Below, one piece after another: positions 18,481-27,740 of a stretch of 64,000 nucleotides of DNA. The translations under genes and the position numbers were made by a program. The stretch covers positions 1,796-65,795 of the forward strand of contig JAZNBN010000020.1 of assembly GCA_045587125.1 (NCBI GenBank). The letters run 5' to 3'. The stretch's first letter is position 1, and each line of letters opens with the position of its first letter. The notes under the pieces were generated by a model. The model did no database searches, was not told where the DNA came from, and worked only from the letters and a program-made list of their open reading frames with translations. This DNA comes from Candidatus Enterousia sp. GTDB lineage: Bacteria > Pseudomonadota > Alphaproteobacteria > Rs-D84.

Positions 18481-19367
18481 AAATATGTTCCCTTTAATTT
18501 GCATTTTGATAATTCAATATTTTGTTGCTGACATTGTTGCAGTGTTTTCAAATCTTCAACCAATATTTGATATTTTGCATTGGAATTTGTGCAATAAGCA
18601 TTTTTTTGTTGTTCAACTCGCTTGCGACGTGTAAGAAATTCTTCCTCTGATTCTATTTCAATTTCTGTGTATGCACGACTGTCTTTATATGGTTCATAGC
18701 CCTTGGTTTCGTTTGCGATGCGTTCCGCAAATGACAAATCTGCGTATGTGGCTGGAAAACTGGCACGTTGCAGGCCAACGTTGTTTGCACCATTTTGGTT
18801 TTGTAATGATTCCAGTTCGTTTTTGCGTTCCTGCATTTCTTTGGCCCATTCAGGAACATTTGGGGCAAATGGATTTGGAATGTTTATTCCCGAATCGTAT
18901 GCGTTCGGATTTGGTGCGGTTGCATTTGGAAAAGCAACATGCCCAGACGGACCAGATGTTGTATAGTTTGCCTTGTATTGTTCAAATGCACTGTCCAAAT
19001 ATCCAGAACATGACGATATATAATTGCCATCAGATATTCGTGACAGTTGTAATAACACAGCAGGTCTAATGTCGTTTAATGTGGTGCTGGCACAATTGTT
19101 TAACAGTGCACACTGGGAAATAATTAAATTATAAACGATTGTTTGACAATCTTCTGAATCAATCTTGGGACCAGTGGCGTATACAGGTTGTGGCATACGC
19201 ATGTTGTATGGCCCATTTGGATCGTATCCAGGTTGGGTCGAATATTTTTGTACGTTTTGAATAACGCCGTATTGTGAAAATGGTGATGGAGATGAGGCAC
19301 GTGACGAATATGTGCAAAAAATGCAACCTGTCAATAATGCTAAAATACTGGGGTTATTCACTCTCAT
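18477..19367 (-). CDS. lipoprotein, unknown function
   Basis: Signal peptide with lipobox LLTGC. Ser/Pro-rich linker. Acidic coiled C-terminus. Confidence 0.55.
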   Translation of the reverse strand: MRVNNPSILALLTGCIFCTYSSRASSPSPFSQYGVIQNVQKYSTQPGYDPNGPYNMRMPQPVYATGPKIDSEDCQTIVYNLIISQCALLNNCASTTLNDIRPAVLLQLSRISDGNYISSCSGYLDSAFEQYKANYTTSGPSGHVAFPNATAPNPNAYDSGINIPNPFAPNVPEWAKEMQERKNELESLQNQNGANNVGLQRASFPATYADLSFAERIANETKGYEPYKDSRAYTEIEIESEEEFLTRRKRVEQQKNAYCTNSNAKYQILVEDLKTLQQCQQQNIELSKCKLKGTYL

Positions 19368-19398
19368 CTTTCCTTAATTGATTCCCTGTTTTGATTTA

Positions 19399-19869
19399 TT
19401 ATAACAAAAATATGTTTGTAATCAAAGATAAAAATCCCCCAAATAAAAAGAAAGGTGCAAATGGAATAAATTTTTGCCTTTTTATGTTTGCCCAAATTGC
19501 ACCTGTGATACATGCAATGATCAATGCGGTTGCCATGCCGGTTATCCCCAACCAAATGCCACCTACCCCCATTAATTTTATGTCACCCATGCCAATTGGA
19601 GATTCTGAATTTGGATTTTTTTTGCGTAAAATAATGTCAAATATAAAACCGATTAAAACGGACATTGTGTACCCAAATATTGCGCCAATAACCGCGTCTG
19701 TAATTGGAATTGGAAATGCGTAAAATGTAGTTAATGTCAGACCGCACAGCATCAGTGGAAATAAATATGCATCTGGAATAATTCTGCGGCGAAAATCAGC
19801 AATTGAAATCAAAACAGAACATAATATGGCCAATATTAATAAAAATATAAAAAATATGTATGAAATCAT
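19399..19869 (-). CDS. A24-family prepilin peptidase, short CpaA/TadV type (no methyltransferase domain)
   Basis: 156 aa polytopic protein with the two catalytic Asp contexts (ADFRRRIIPD and GMGDIKLMG). Confidence 0.7.
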   Translation of the reverse strand: MISYIFFIFLLILAILCSVLISIADFRRRIIPDAYLFPLMLCGLTLTTFYAFPIPITDAVIGAIFGYTMSVLIGFIFDIILRKKNPNSESPIGMGDIKLMGVGGIWLGITGMATALIIACITGAIWANIKRQKFIPFAPFFLFGGFLSLITNIFLL

Positions 19870-19942
19870 GTTTTTCTCCCTTGCGTTTCGAATCGGATTT
19901 ATGATAGAATCTTATTATAATGTATAACAAAGGTTTTGTAAA

Positions 19943-20590
19943 ATGAGTAAAGGTTGGGATAACGCAACGCTTAAAAAACTGAAAGCATTAACGTGCAAGG
20001 GGTTATCTACTTCTGAAATTGGTAAGCGTTTGGGGATGTCTAAAAACGCCATTGTTGGCAAACTGAATCGTCTGGGTTGGAATGCCAAGGCTGGTGGTGC
20101 CGCGGCGGCTGAGGTTAAAGATGTTGAAACAAAAAAGACAGCCACAGCAAAAAATACAAAGACAACCAAAGTGGTCAAGGTTGCAAAGTCTGTTAAGAAA
20201 ACAGCAACGTCAAAGGTTGCGGCAACTAAAAAAACTGTTAAGGCACCTAAGGTCGCTGCGACAAAGAAGGTAACAGAAAAGGCTGTTAAAACAACCAAGG
20301 GTGCAACAAAGACAAAAAGTGTAAAAGTGGCGACACCCAAGGGTGCGGATAAAAAGTCTGCTAAGGGAAAAGATGTAAAATCCAGTGCTAAAAATTTGGC
20401 GGTTCATCAACGTATTATTCAACATTCTTTGGAAATGGCGAATTTAAAACCGAATCAGTGCCGTTGGCCAATTGGGGATCCGGATTCTGAACATTTTCAT
20501 TTTTGTGGTGAAACGGTATTTGTTGGTAAACCTTATTGCTATGAACATTGTAAACAGGCGTATCAGTTTACCCCGCCAAAAAAGAAATAA
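19943..20590 (+). CDS. gcrA: cell-cycle transcriptional regulator GcrA with a long Lys/Ala/Thr-rich linker
   Basis: N-terminal DNA-binding domain (W..A.L..L...GLS.SEIGKRLGMSKNAIVGKLNRLG) and C-terminal GcrA signature (CRWPIGDP...FCGE...GKPYC.EHC..AY). Confidence 0.8.
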   Translation: MSKGWDNATLKKLKALTCKGLSTSEIGKRLGMSKNAIVGKLNRLGWNAKAGGAAAAEVKDVETKKTATAKNTKTTKVVKVAKSVKKTATSKVAATKKTVKAPKVAATKKVTEKAVKTTKGATKTKSVKVATPKGADKKSAKGKDVKSSAKNLAVHQRIIQHSLEMANLKPNQCRWPIGDPDSEHFHFCGETVFVGKPYCYEHCKQAYQFTPPKKK

Positions 20591-20609
20591 AAAAAGGGAC
20601 GCATAGCGT

Positions 20610-22859
20610 ATGCAAAACGAGAGAGAAAATATTTTTCAGCCACTGACCGCGATTGATTATGATATCGCAGGTAATTCTTTTCGGGCGTATTATGATTCGG
20701 ATAATAAACTGGTTTTTGTTATTGATTTCGTAACCAATGCCATTAAGCCTAATGTTTTGTTGGTTATAAATCCTGATGGTGACAGAAAGTGGGACGATAT
20801 TTTAATGAACGATTACGGGGTTGATTTAGAAACCGTTCGTCCAAAGCAAGACAATAAATATCAAAAGTTGGATATAGAGTATACCGGTTTGTCTGTTTAT
20901 GATAATTTAATTCAGGTCTATAATAATGGTGATGATATATCAGACGAAATTTCGTATTTAGATGCATTTCATCATGATGCGGCGTATCGTGCCGCCCAAG
21001 AACGCTTTGAAGCCGCAGAAATGACGGCGGACCGTACCCGTGAAACAATTGACAGAACGATGGGGGTTATTGCAGAGTTGCAGGCACGTTTAAAAGTTCT
21101 GCGTTCCAAATTGGCTTTGCAACGTAAATCTATTGGTAAAGAACCAACCAAGAAATCTGCGTCCAAGATTTTGCGTACTGAATCACAAATAGACGCAACA
21201 AATGAAAAACTGATGCGTGCAAAAAAACGTCTGACAAATGCAAAACGCAGGTTGGTCGTTGCCGAAGAGGATTCAGAGGTTGCACGTTCAATACTAAATA
21301 AATTAGGTGGTGTTTCAGAATTGCCTGCAAAACCGTTAAACACAGCGGTCGCGGTGAAACAAAACCCACCTGTCCCGGTAAAAAAACAAGATATCGAATA
21401 TACAGATACAACAATAGAGGCTGAAAAAATGGCTGATAATAACGAAGAAGTAAAACCTTTATTTGATACAGATCCTGAAATCATAGATGAAGATATTGCT
21501 TTTAAACCAATCGATTTTGGTTCAGGGTCAGATAGTAATGATGACGAATATCAAACAAATGTTCAAGTCGAAGAACAGCCCACGGTATCTTTTGAACCTA
21601 TCCCTGGGATTCCAGATGTGCCAAGTGCGGTTGAAACACCTGCGATTCAGCCTGTGGAATTTACACCACCGACCAGTTTTGAATCGTTTGAACCTTCTGA
21701 AAATACAGGAAATGAATATGGTATGCCTGGGGCATTTACCCCTGCCCCGATTGTGGAAGAAAATACTAATGAATATGAAACGTTGACTGGCTGGGGTGAT
21801 GACAATGCTGTCGTGCCAGATGTGAACACTTCATTTGGTAACACAGTAACATCGGAAACTTTGGCCGAAGAATTCCAAATGCCGATTACACCTGCACCGG
21901 TTGCCCCTGTGACACCTGTGGTTGATAATGAAAAAACTTTTTCAGAAATAGAACCTGCACCGGTGGATTCTGGTATGCGTCCCGTTTCCCCAATAACACC
22001 AGATGTTCCAGTTGCACCGTCTGATACAGATACGAATATAACAATTCAACGGTCCAGACCTTCGTTTGTTTACTATATTTTATTGATTTTATTGATTGGG
22101 TTGTCTGTATTTACTTTGTGGATGTATCAAAAATCTACAAATGGCAATTTGCCTGAATTGGGTGCGAAAACTCAGGTTGAAGAAACCATAACAGAACCTG
22201 TTGTGGCAGAACCAGAAGTACAGATTGTTGAACCTGTTGTGGCAGAACCTGTGGTTGTAGAACCGGAATACGTTGAACCAGAACCGGTTATAGAAGAACC
22301 AGTTGTGGAACCAGAACCCGTCATAGAAGAACCGGTCGTTGAACCAGAACCTGTTACAGAAGAACCAGTTGTGGAACCAGAACCAGAATTTGTGCCAGAT
22401 ACAACATCTGCATCTGTTATAAAGTCTTTGCGTTATACCGAAGAAGTGCCAGAACCTGTTGTTTTGGAAACGGAAGAAGAAATATTGGCTAAAAAGCCTG
22501 CGTATGGTGTTTCGCAAAACGAACAAATGTTTGTTTCAGAATATGAATCTGATGCAGATATGAATACAGAAATGGATTTTGTTGCATATGATACAGGTGT
22601 TATTACATATGATGAACCATCGGTTGTTACAACAACAACGTATGAATCAGAAGAAATTATTGCATACAATGAACCTGATGTTTATGCGGACGATGTTTTT
22701 GTAGAAGAAGTTGTAGAAGAAGATATTGAAATGTGTGCAGATGGCGGTTACCCAAGTCCAGAAGGTTGTTGTGCAGGGGAAGTTTATACGCATGTTGGAA
22801 ACGGCGAATATGTATGTTGTGTTCAATCAACAGGTGAATGTTTCCCGCCAATGCGTTAA
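20610..22859 (+). CDS. acidic coiled-coil/repeat protein with one transmembrane segment and a Cys-rich C-terminus, unknown function
   Basis: 749 aa. TM segment FVYYILLILLIGLSVFTLWMY. (EPVVEPEPV[IT]E)n repeats. C-terminal CADGGYPSPEGCCAGE...CCVQSTGEC. Confidence 0.55.
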   Translation: MQNERENIFQPLTAIDYDIAGNSFRAYYDSDNKLVFVIDFVTNAIKPNVLLVINPDGDRKWDDILMNDYGVDLETVRPKQDNKYQKLDIEYTGLSVYDNLIQVYNNGDDISDEISYLDAFHHDAAYRAAQERFEAAEMTADRTRETIDRTMGVIAELQARLKVLRSKLALQRKSIGKEPTKKSASKILRTESQIDATNEKLMRAKKRLTNAKRRLVVAEEDSEVARSILNKLGGVSELPAKPLNTAVAVKQNPPVPVKKQDIEYTDTTIEAEKMADNNEEVKPLFDTDPEIIDEDIAFKPIDFGSGSDSNDDEYQTNVQVEEQPTVSFEPIPGIPDVPSAVETPAIQPVEFTPPTSFESFEPSENTGNEYGMPGAFTPAPIVEENTNEYETLTGWGDDNAVVPDVNTSFGNTVTSETLAEEFQMPITPAPVAPVTPVVDNEKTFSEIEPAPVDSGMRPVSPITPDVPVAPSDTDTNITIQRSRPSFVYYILLILLIGLSVFTLWMYQKSTNGNLPELGAKTQVEETITEPVVAEPEVQIVEPVVAEPVVVEPEYVEPEPVIEEPVVEPEPVIEEPVVEPEPVTEEPVVEPEPEFVPDTTSASVIKSLRYTEEVPEPVVLETEEEILAKKPAYGVSQNEQMFVSEYESDADMNTEMDFVAYDTGVITYDEPSVVTTTTYESEEIIAYNEPDVYADDVFVEEVVEEDIEMCADGGYPSPEGCCAGEVYTHVGNGEYVCCVQSTGECFPPMR
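22193..22400. repeat. in-frame tandem repeats of about 30 bp encoding EPVVEPEPVIE units
   Basis: Repeated gaaccagttgtggaaccagaaccc... units visible in the sequence. Confidence 0.6.
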
Positions 22860-22878
22860 AATAAATATGGCTTAGTAT

Positions 22879-25227
22879 ATGAGAGTGATATTAAGTTTTT
22901 TTGCTGTGTTGTTGTTCATGTCTTTTGATATGGGGGCGTATGCTGCCCTTAATGCATCGGGAAATAGCAGTTCACCTGCATGTGCGGGTAAAGATAAAGC
23001 GGTTACATTAACGGATCGTTGCCCCAGTGTTCCACAGTTGAAATTGCTTGGGAATCAATCTTTAAAAGATAACGAATTTTTATACGCTAGTTACAGTACA
23101 TACGAATCTTTGCAAAAAGAATATAATAAAAGACCTGCGGCGTGCAGAACATATTTTAGTACCAATCAAGCCAATGGTGTTTATGAGTGTGATAAAGATT
23201 ATTGTGGCAGATATACTGTATTGATAATGGATAAAAATCACGGTTTTAATGGAAAGACAGTGGCTGATAAACGTGCATATATATGTGATACTAATGTTGA
23301 TGATAGATGGATTCCATATTCACATAACATATCTGAATGCACAAAAGGTCAGATGGATACAAAGTCTTATACAAAAATCAAGGGACTGGACGGTTTACAA
23401 TACAGATATAAAAAAGATGCTACAAGAATTACTTCTATATGTCAGGTTCCTCAGGATAAATCAAATGTTCAACAAACAGGCGATAATACGGTATCTAAAA
23501 CCGGTACTCAGGGGGCGACACGTTCGGAAACAAAACCAGATGGTGAAACAACAGAAGATAAAACGCCCAAAAAAAATACGGTAGAGAAACCACAACCAGA
23601 ACAATCAACAAATAAAACACAACATGAAAATGTGGGTGATGAAAAAATTGGTCAGCCTTGTACGACAGAAAATGCAAAAAAGGCTGTTTGGCAAAAAATT
23701 GATAAAGAAATCAAATGTGTTGCCAAAGAATGTAATCAGGACAGATATTTGGTTGTGAATAGTAAAGGTGAATCTCAAGGGTACTGTATTGCGAATACTT
23801 GCAAGGCACCAAAAACATTAAATATTATTGACGGAACAAAAACTGATAAAAGGTGCGTTGACCCCGCTGCATCGGAAATTGCAGAAGAAACAATCGAAGA
23901 AGATGTTGAAGAAGAATTACCAACTGTGCCATTCAGACCAGATTTACAAATTAACCAGCCATGTGCACAAGGTTTTTTGACGATATTAAACGCAAAGACC
24001 GGTAAATATGCTAAGCATGCAGGTTCTGATGATATTTATTGTGATATAACAGAATGTAATGAAAATTTTGTGAAAGTATCACGAAATCAAGGTGAAACGT
24101 ATGATGATTATAATGGAGTGAATTTGTACGAAATATGTGAATGTCCTAGTGAAACTCATACTATAAATAATGAAGGTAAATGTGTTGCAAATACGAATGG
24201 TGTGCCTGCAACGGATAGAACACCTGCTGAAGCTAATGTTAGTATAACAGTACAAGGCACGATTAACGATAGCGCAGGTAATTGTCTTGCGAATGCAGAG
24301 ATTGTATTTCCAGATGGTGCATATATAAATCAAGAGGGTTGTAACTTTACTGTTGGATTACAAGAATCTGGCGAAATTACTTTTTCATTTGATGGTTATG
24401 AATCTGTATCCAAGAGTTATAGTGAAAGTGTATATAATGAAATAATTGTTTTGACAAAGTCTGCAACAGATGTTGCGGTTGATGAAGGTAACGAAGCAGT
24501 TGTGCCAGATGAAGGTTTAGAAGAACAGGATAAAGAACCAATTGATAAAGAAGACGATAAAATCCAAGAATTACGTGATAAAGCTGATGCGGCACATGAA
24601 CGCGAAAATTCAATGGCGAATAAAATGTTGGGTGCGGCCGGTATCGGTGCGACCGGTATTGGTGGAATGATGCTGATGCAGGGATTGTCTGAACAAAAGG
24701 CGGATAACAATGCCCAGGAACAAATGCGCGCATATTTGTCCACATTTATGTGCAGATTTGGTGATGGCCGTGCCACGGGCGGTGAATCTGATATTGAATT
24801 GCCGGGTGCAAACGCATTATTACCACTTTATGCCGAATATGTAACATTGGCAAATGAAACCAAGGCTATGAAGACAGAACTGGATTTAAAACCAGGTATA
24901 GAATCTGAAAGTATCTTGGATAACGCAACATCTGGTTTGTATGATGATGAAAATACTGGCAAAACATCTGGTGCATTTGCTTCATTGGCACGTGCATTAC
25001 AAAACCCAGATGGCGAAGATGCGAAAAAATGGGCCGAACAAACTGAAAAAGCATCTAAGAACATAAAAACAGGTGCGATTACTGCGGGTGCCGGTGCGGT
25101 TGGCGGATTGGTTGGTCATATTACTGAAAGTGCGGTTTATAAAAAGAAGGCTGAAAAAGGTAATGAAGATTCAGACGATGAATCTGAAGATAAAAAATAT
25201 AAACCTAAAAAACGTGGAAGAAGTTAA
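22879..25227 (+). CDS. secreted cysteine-rich protein (782 aa) with C-terminal Gly-zipper hydrophobic segment and Lys/Glu-rich tail
   Basis: Signal peptide MRVILSFFAVLLFMSFDMGAYA. About 50 Cys. Segment MLGAAGIGATGIGGMMLMQGL. No recognisable enzymatic motif. Confidence 0.55.
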   Translation: MRVILSFFAVLLFMSFDMGAYAALNASGNSSSPACAGKDKAVTLTDRCPSVPQLKLLGNQSLKDNEFLYASYSTYESLQKEYNKRPAACRTYFSTNQANGVYECDKDYCGRYTVLIMDKNHGFNGKTVADKRAYICDTNVDDRWIPYSHNISECTKGQMDTKSYTKIKGLDGLQYRYKKDATRITSICQVPQDKSNVQQTGDNTVSKTGTQGATRSETKPDGETTEDKTPKKNTVEKPQPEQSTNKTQHENVGDEKIGQPCTTENAKKAVWQKIDKEIKCVAKECNQDRYLVVNSKGESQGYCIANTCKAPKTLNIIDGTKTDKRCVDPAASEIAEETIEEDVEEELPTVPFRPDLQINQPCAQGFLTILNAKTGKYAKHAGSDDIYCDITECNENFVKVSRNQGETYDDYNGVNLYEICECPSETHTINNEGKCVANTNGVPATDRTPAEANVSITVQGTINDSAGNCLANAEIVFPDGAYINQEGCNFTVGLQESGEITFSFDGYESVSKSYSESVYNEIIVLTKSATDVAVDEGNEAVVPDEGLEEQDKEPIDKEDDKIQELRDKADAAHERENSMANKMLGAAGIGATGIGGMMLMQGLSEQKADNNAQEQMRAYLSTFMCRFGDGRATGGESDIELPGANALLPLYAEYVTLANETKAMKTELDLKPGIESESILDNATSGLYDDENTGKTSGAFASLARALQNPDGEDAKKWAEQTEKASKNIKTGAITAGAGAVGGLVGHITESAVYKKKAEKGNEDSDDESEDKKYKPKKRGRS

Positions 25228-25235
25228 TACGTTTA

Positions 25236-25267
25236 TTAAATCCCCATATGTTGGGGATTATTTTTTA
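25236..25267. terminator. bidirectional rho-independent terminator
   Basis: Hairpin ATCCCCATAtgTTGGGGAT followed by T-run. Confidence 0.6.
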
Positions 25268-26260
25268 ACGCATACGGGTTATTTTTGCAATTTGTATTTG
25301 CGCTTGAATACGTTCAAAATCGTGGGCTTGTTTTGCCTTTTGTTGTAGTTGTTTTTGTGTTTCATGTATTGTTTTAAGTGTTCCAATATATTTATTTGTA
25401 TGTTTTACACGTTGATTAAAATGTTCCTGATTTAATCGCTGGAATTCGGCAAAGGTTTCAGCCGTTGATAATTCTTTGTTTTGTGTATTTAATAGTTGTT
25501 TATGTTGAATATTATATGTTTGTTCAAGTACATCGACTCTGTTATTTATTTGTGTAATTTCGTTTGATAAGTTTTCTTGGATTTTTTTGCGTTTTTCGCA
25601 TGCGGTGGCGACCATATTAAAATTGGTTGCCAATTTATATTCGTACAACATATCCAAAGAACCTGATGTATGTTCGGGTGATGTGTTGTTTTGCATGGTG
25701 CATATTGTACATATTGAAATCAGTTTTAATATTTCATTGTATATTGATTCCAGTGCGACAATTCTTTTGTTTGTTGATGTGTTCGTTTTATTAAACAAAG
25801 AATTATTTTGTTGGACTGATTGGATTGTTCGCGTAATAGTATCAATTTGATGGGCAAATTGTTGTGATTTTTTGCGTGCCGGTTTAATTATACGCATATA
25901 TGTATTTGGATGACGAAATTGTCTTGATTTTTTATCTATTACACCGTGCAAATATTTGGGGATTTTTTTATATTCTGAATCGTCTGGTGTAATTGTGTAC
26001 AGTGGTGCATATACTTCGTTTATATATGTTGTTTCATTATAAGATTGATGGCATGTGTCTGTGTAATATAACAAAAAAGTCAAAAACAGATTTAATATAT
26101 TGATAAATTGGTCGTATTCAGAAATTTTTTTTCTATTTTTTAAGTATGGTGAATTAGTCAGAACACGGAAATCCAATTGTGTATCTGCATCCATGTTGGC
26201 GGTCATGTTTGCCAACATGTTTTGTATATTAAAATAATCGTATATTTTATTGTGTTTCAT
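25265..26260 (-). CDS. hypothetical Asn/Gln-rich coiled-coil protein (331 aa), no signal peptide
   Basis: Long ORF in a very AT-rich stretch, flanked by terminators on both sides. No motif recognised. Confidence 0.45.
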   Translation of the reverse strand: MKHNKIYDYFNIQNMLANMTANMDADTQLDFRVLTNSPYLKNRKKISEYDQFINILNLFLTFLLYYTDTCHQSYNETTYINEVYAPLYTITPDDSEYKKIPKYLHGVIDKKSRQFRHPNTYMRIIKPARKKSQQFAHQIDTITRTIQSVQQNNSLFNKTNTSTNKRIVALESIYNEILKLISICTICTMQNNTSPEHTSGSLDMLYEYKLATNFNMVATACEKRKKIQENLSNEITQINNRVDVLEQTYNIQHKQLLNTQNKELSTAETFAEFQRLNQEHFNQRVKHTNKYIGTLKTIHETQKQLQQKAKQAHDFERIQAQIQIAKITRMR

Positions 26261-26305
26261 ATCGAGTTAATATATTAGTACAAAAACATACAAATGTCAA
26301 ACTGT

Positions 26306-26346
26306 GTAAAAAAAACGCCCAGAAATGGGCGTATTTATTTTTTTTG
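26306..26346. terminator. bidirectional rho-independent terminator downstream of tig
   Basis: Hairpin ACGCCCAgaaaTGGGCGT flanked by A-run and T-run. Confidence 0.6.
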
Positions 26347-26351
26347 TATAA

Positions 26352-27659
26352 TTATCTGACAGATGCCTGTTTAAACAAATCGTCTGCAGATACTTTCTTT
26401 TCTTTTGTTTTTACGTGGGTCAACATTGCATCCAAAGCCTTGCGTTCAAACAGCATTCCACGTAACATTGCCAACGCATTTTGATTCTTGTTATAGAATT
26501 CAAATACTTGTTTTGGATCTGGGTATCTTGACGCTTCGGCCCAGATGGCGTGTTGCATGTCATCACGTGTGATTTCTACTTTGTTTTGTGTGCCCCACTC
26601 TGCCAATATCAGACCTAATTTTACGCGACGTTCTGCTTCTTTGCGTTCTTGTTTTTCGTCCCATTTGTGTTCGCATTTTGCATCATGGCAATGTGCATGT
26701 GAACGGTCAAATTCTGCCTTGGCCATTTCCAGTTCCTGGGCAACCAATGATTCTGGCAAATCTAATTTGACTTTATCGGTCAATACATCCAACAATTCAT
26801 TACGCATATCACGTTGTGCTGCATCTGCGTATTGTTCATTCAAGATGTTGCGAATGTGTTGTTTTAATGCCTCGACTGATTCTTGACCAACTGTTTTTGC
26901 CAATTCATCGTTTAATTCTGGCAAAATATGTTTACGAATTTCGTGGATTTCAACAGCAAAACGTGCATCTTTGCCAGCCAAGTTTTCTGCATGATATTCA
27001 GATGGGAATTTTACGTTTACATCAAATTTATCACCAACCTTGTGTCCGATGATTTGGTCTTCAAAACCTGGGATAAATGCCCCAGAACCCAAAATCAGAT
27101 GATGTTTTTTTGCTTCGCCGCCTTCAAATGCTTCGTCACCAACAAAGCCTTTGAAGTCAATAACCGCTACGTCCCCATTGGCGGCCTTGTACTTTGCGTC
27201 CTGTTTTTCAGCAGTGCTGCGGCTTTTACGGATGTTTTCCAATGCAGTATCAACTTCTTTTTCGTCCAGTTCAGCAACTTTTTTAGTAACTGTGATTTTT
27301 TCTAAATCAATTGCAGGCAATGTTGGCAAAATATCAAATTCCAATGAATATTCCGCATCTTTGCCAATTTCCCAACCTGCCAAGTCAGCTTTTGGGGCGC
27401 CCGCCAGACGGATTTTTTTATCAGCAATATAGTTATTCAAATCTTGGTTCATTAATTTATCAATTGCTTCGCCATATGCAGATACATTGTATTTTTGACG
27501 CAAAATGGATAATGGAATTTTTCCAGTACGAAAACCAGGCATTTTTGCCTTTTTGCCGTATTCTAATAATATTTCATCGGCCGCTGCCTGTAAATCAGAT
27601 GCAGGGATTGTGCCGGTTACTGAATAATGTAAATCTTTGATTTTTTCTTTTGTGAACAT
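26352..27659 (-). CDS. tig: trigger factor
   Basis: 435 aa. N-terminal ribosome-binding region (GFRTGKIP), central PPIase domain, C-terminal arm. Confidence 0.9.
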   Translation of the reverse strand: MFTKEKIKDLHYSVTGTIPASDLQAAADEILLEYGKKAKMPGFRTGKIPLSILRQKYNVSAYGEAIDKLMNQDLNNYIADKKIRLAGAPKADLAGWEIGKDAEYSLEFDILPTLPAIDLEKITVTKKVAELDEKEVDTALENIRKSRSTAEKQDAKYKAANGDVAVIDFKGFVGDEAFEGGEAKKHHLILGSGAFIPGFEDQIIGHKVGDKFDVNVKFPSEYHAENLAGKDARFAVEIHEIRKHILPELNDELAKTVGQESVEALKQHIRNILNEQYADAAQRDMRNELLDVLTDKVKLDLPESLVAQELEMAKAEFDRSHAHCHDAKCEHKWDEKQERKEAERRVKLGLILAEWGTQNKVEITRDDMQHAIWAEASRYPDPKQVFEFYNKNQNALAMLRGMLFERKALDAMLTHVKTKEKKVSADDLFKQASVR

Positions 27660-27740
27660 AGTTTCTTTCCTATTGTGTTTTTTAGATTTGCCCGATGATT
27701 ATACAACGTTTTATAATGAAAGCAATAATAAAAAATCCCC

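Noticed and set aside
13389-19940. Intact integrative element (prophage or ICE) next to the tRNA cluster
   Set aside because: No integrase, phage structural, conjugation or transposase gene is present. Only a degenerate candidate for a second tRNA-Leu 3'-end repeat was found. Reported as a possible old island remnant, not as a mobile element.
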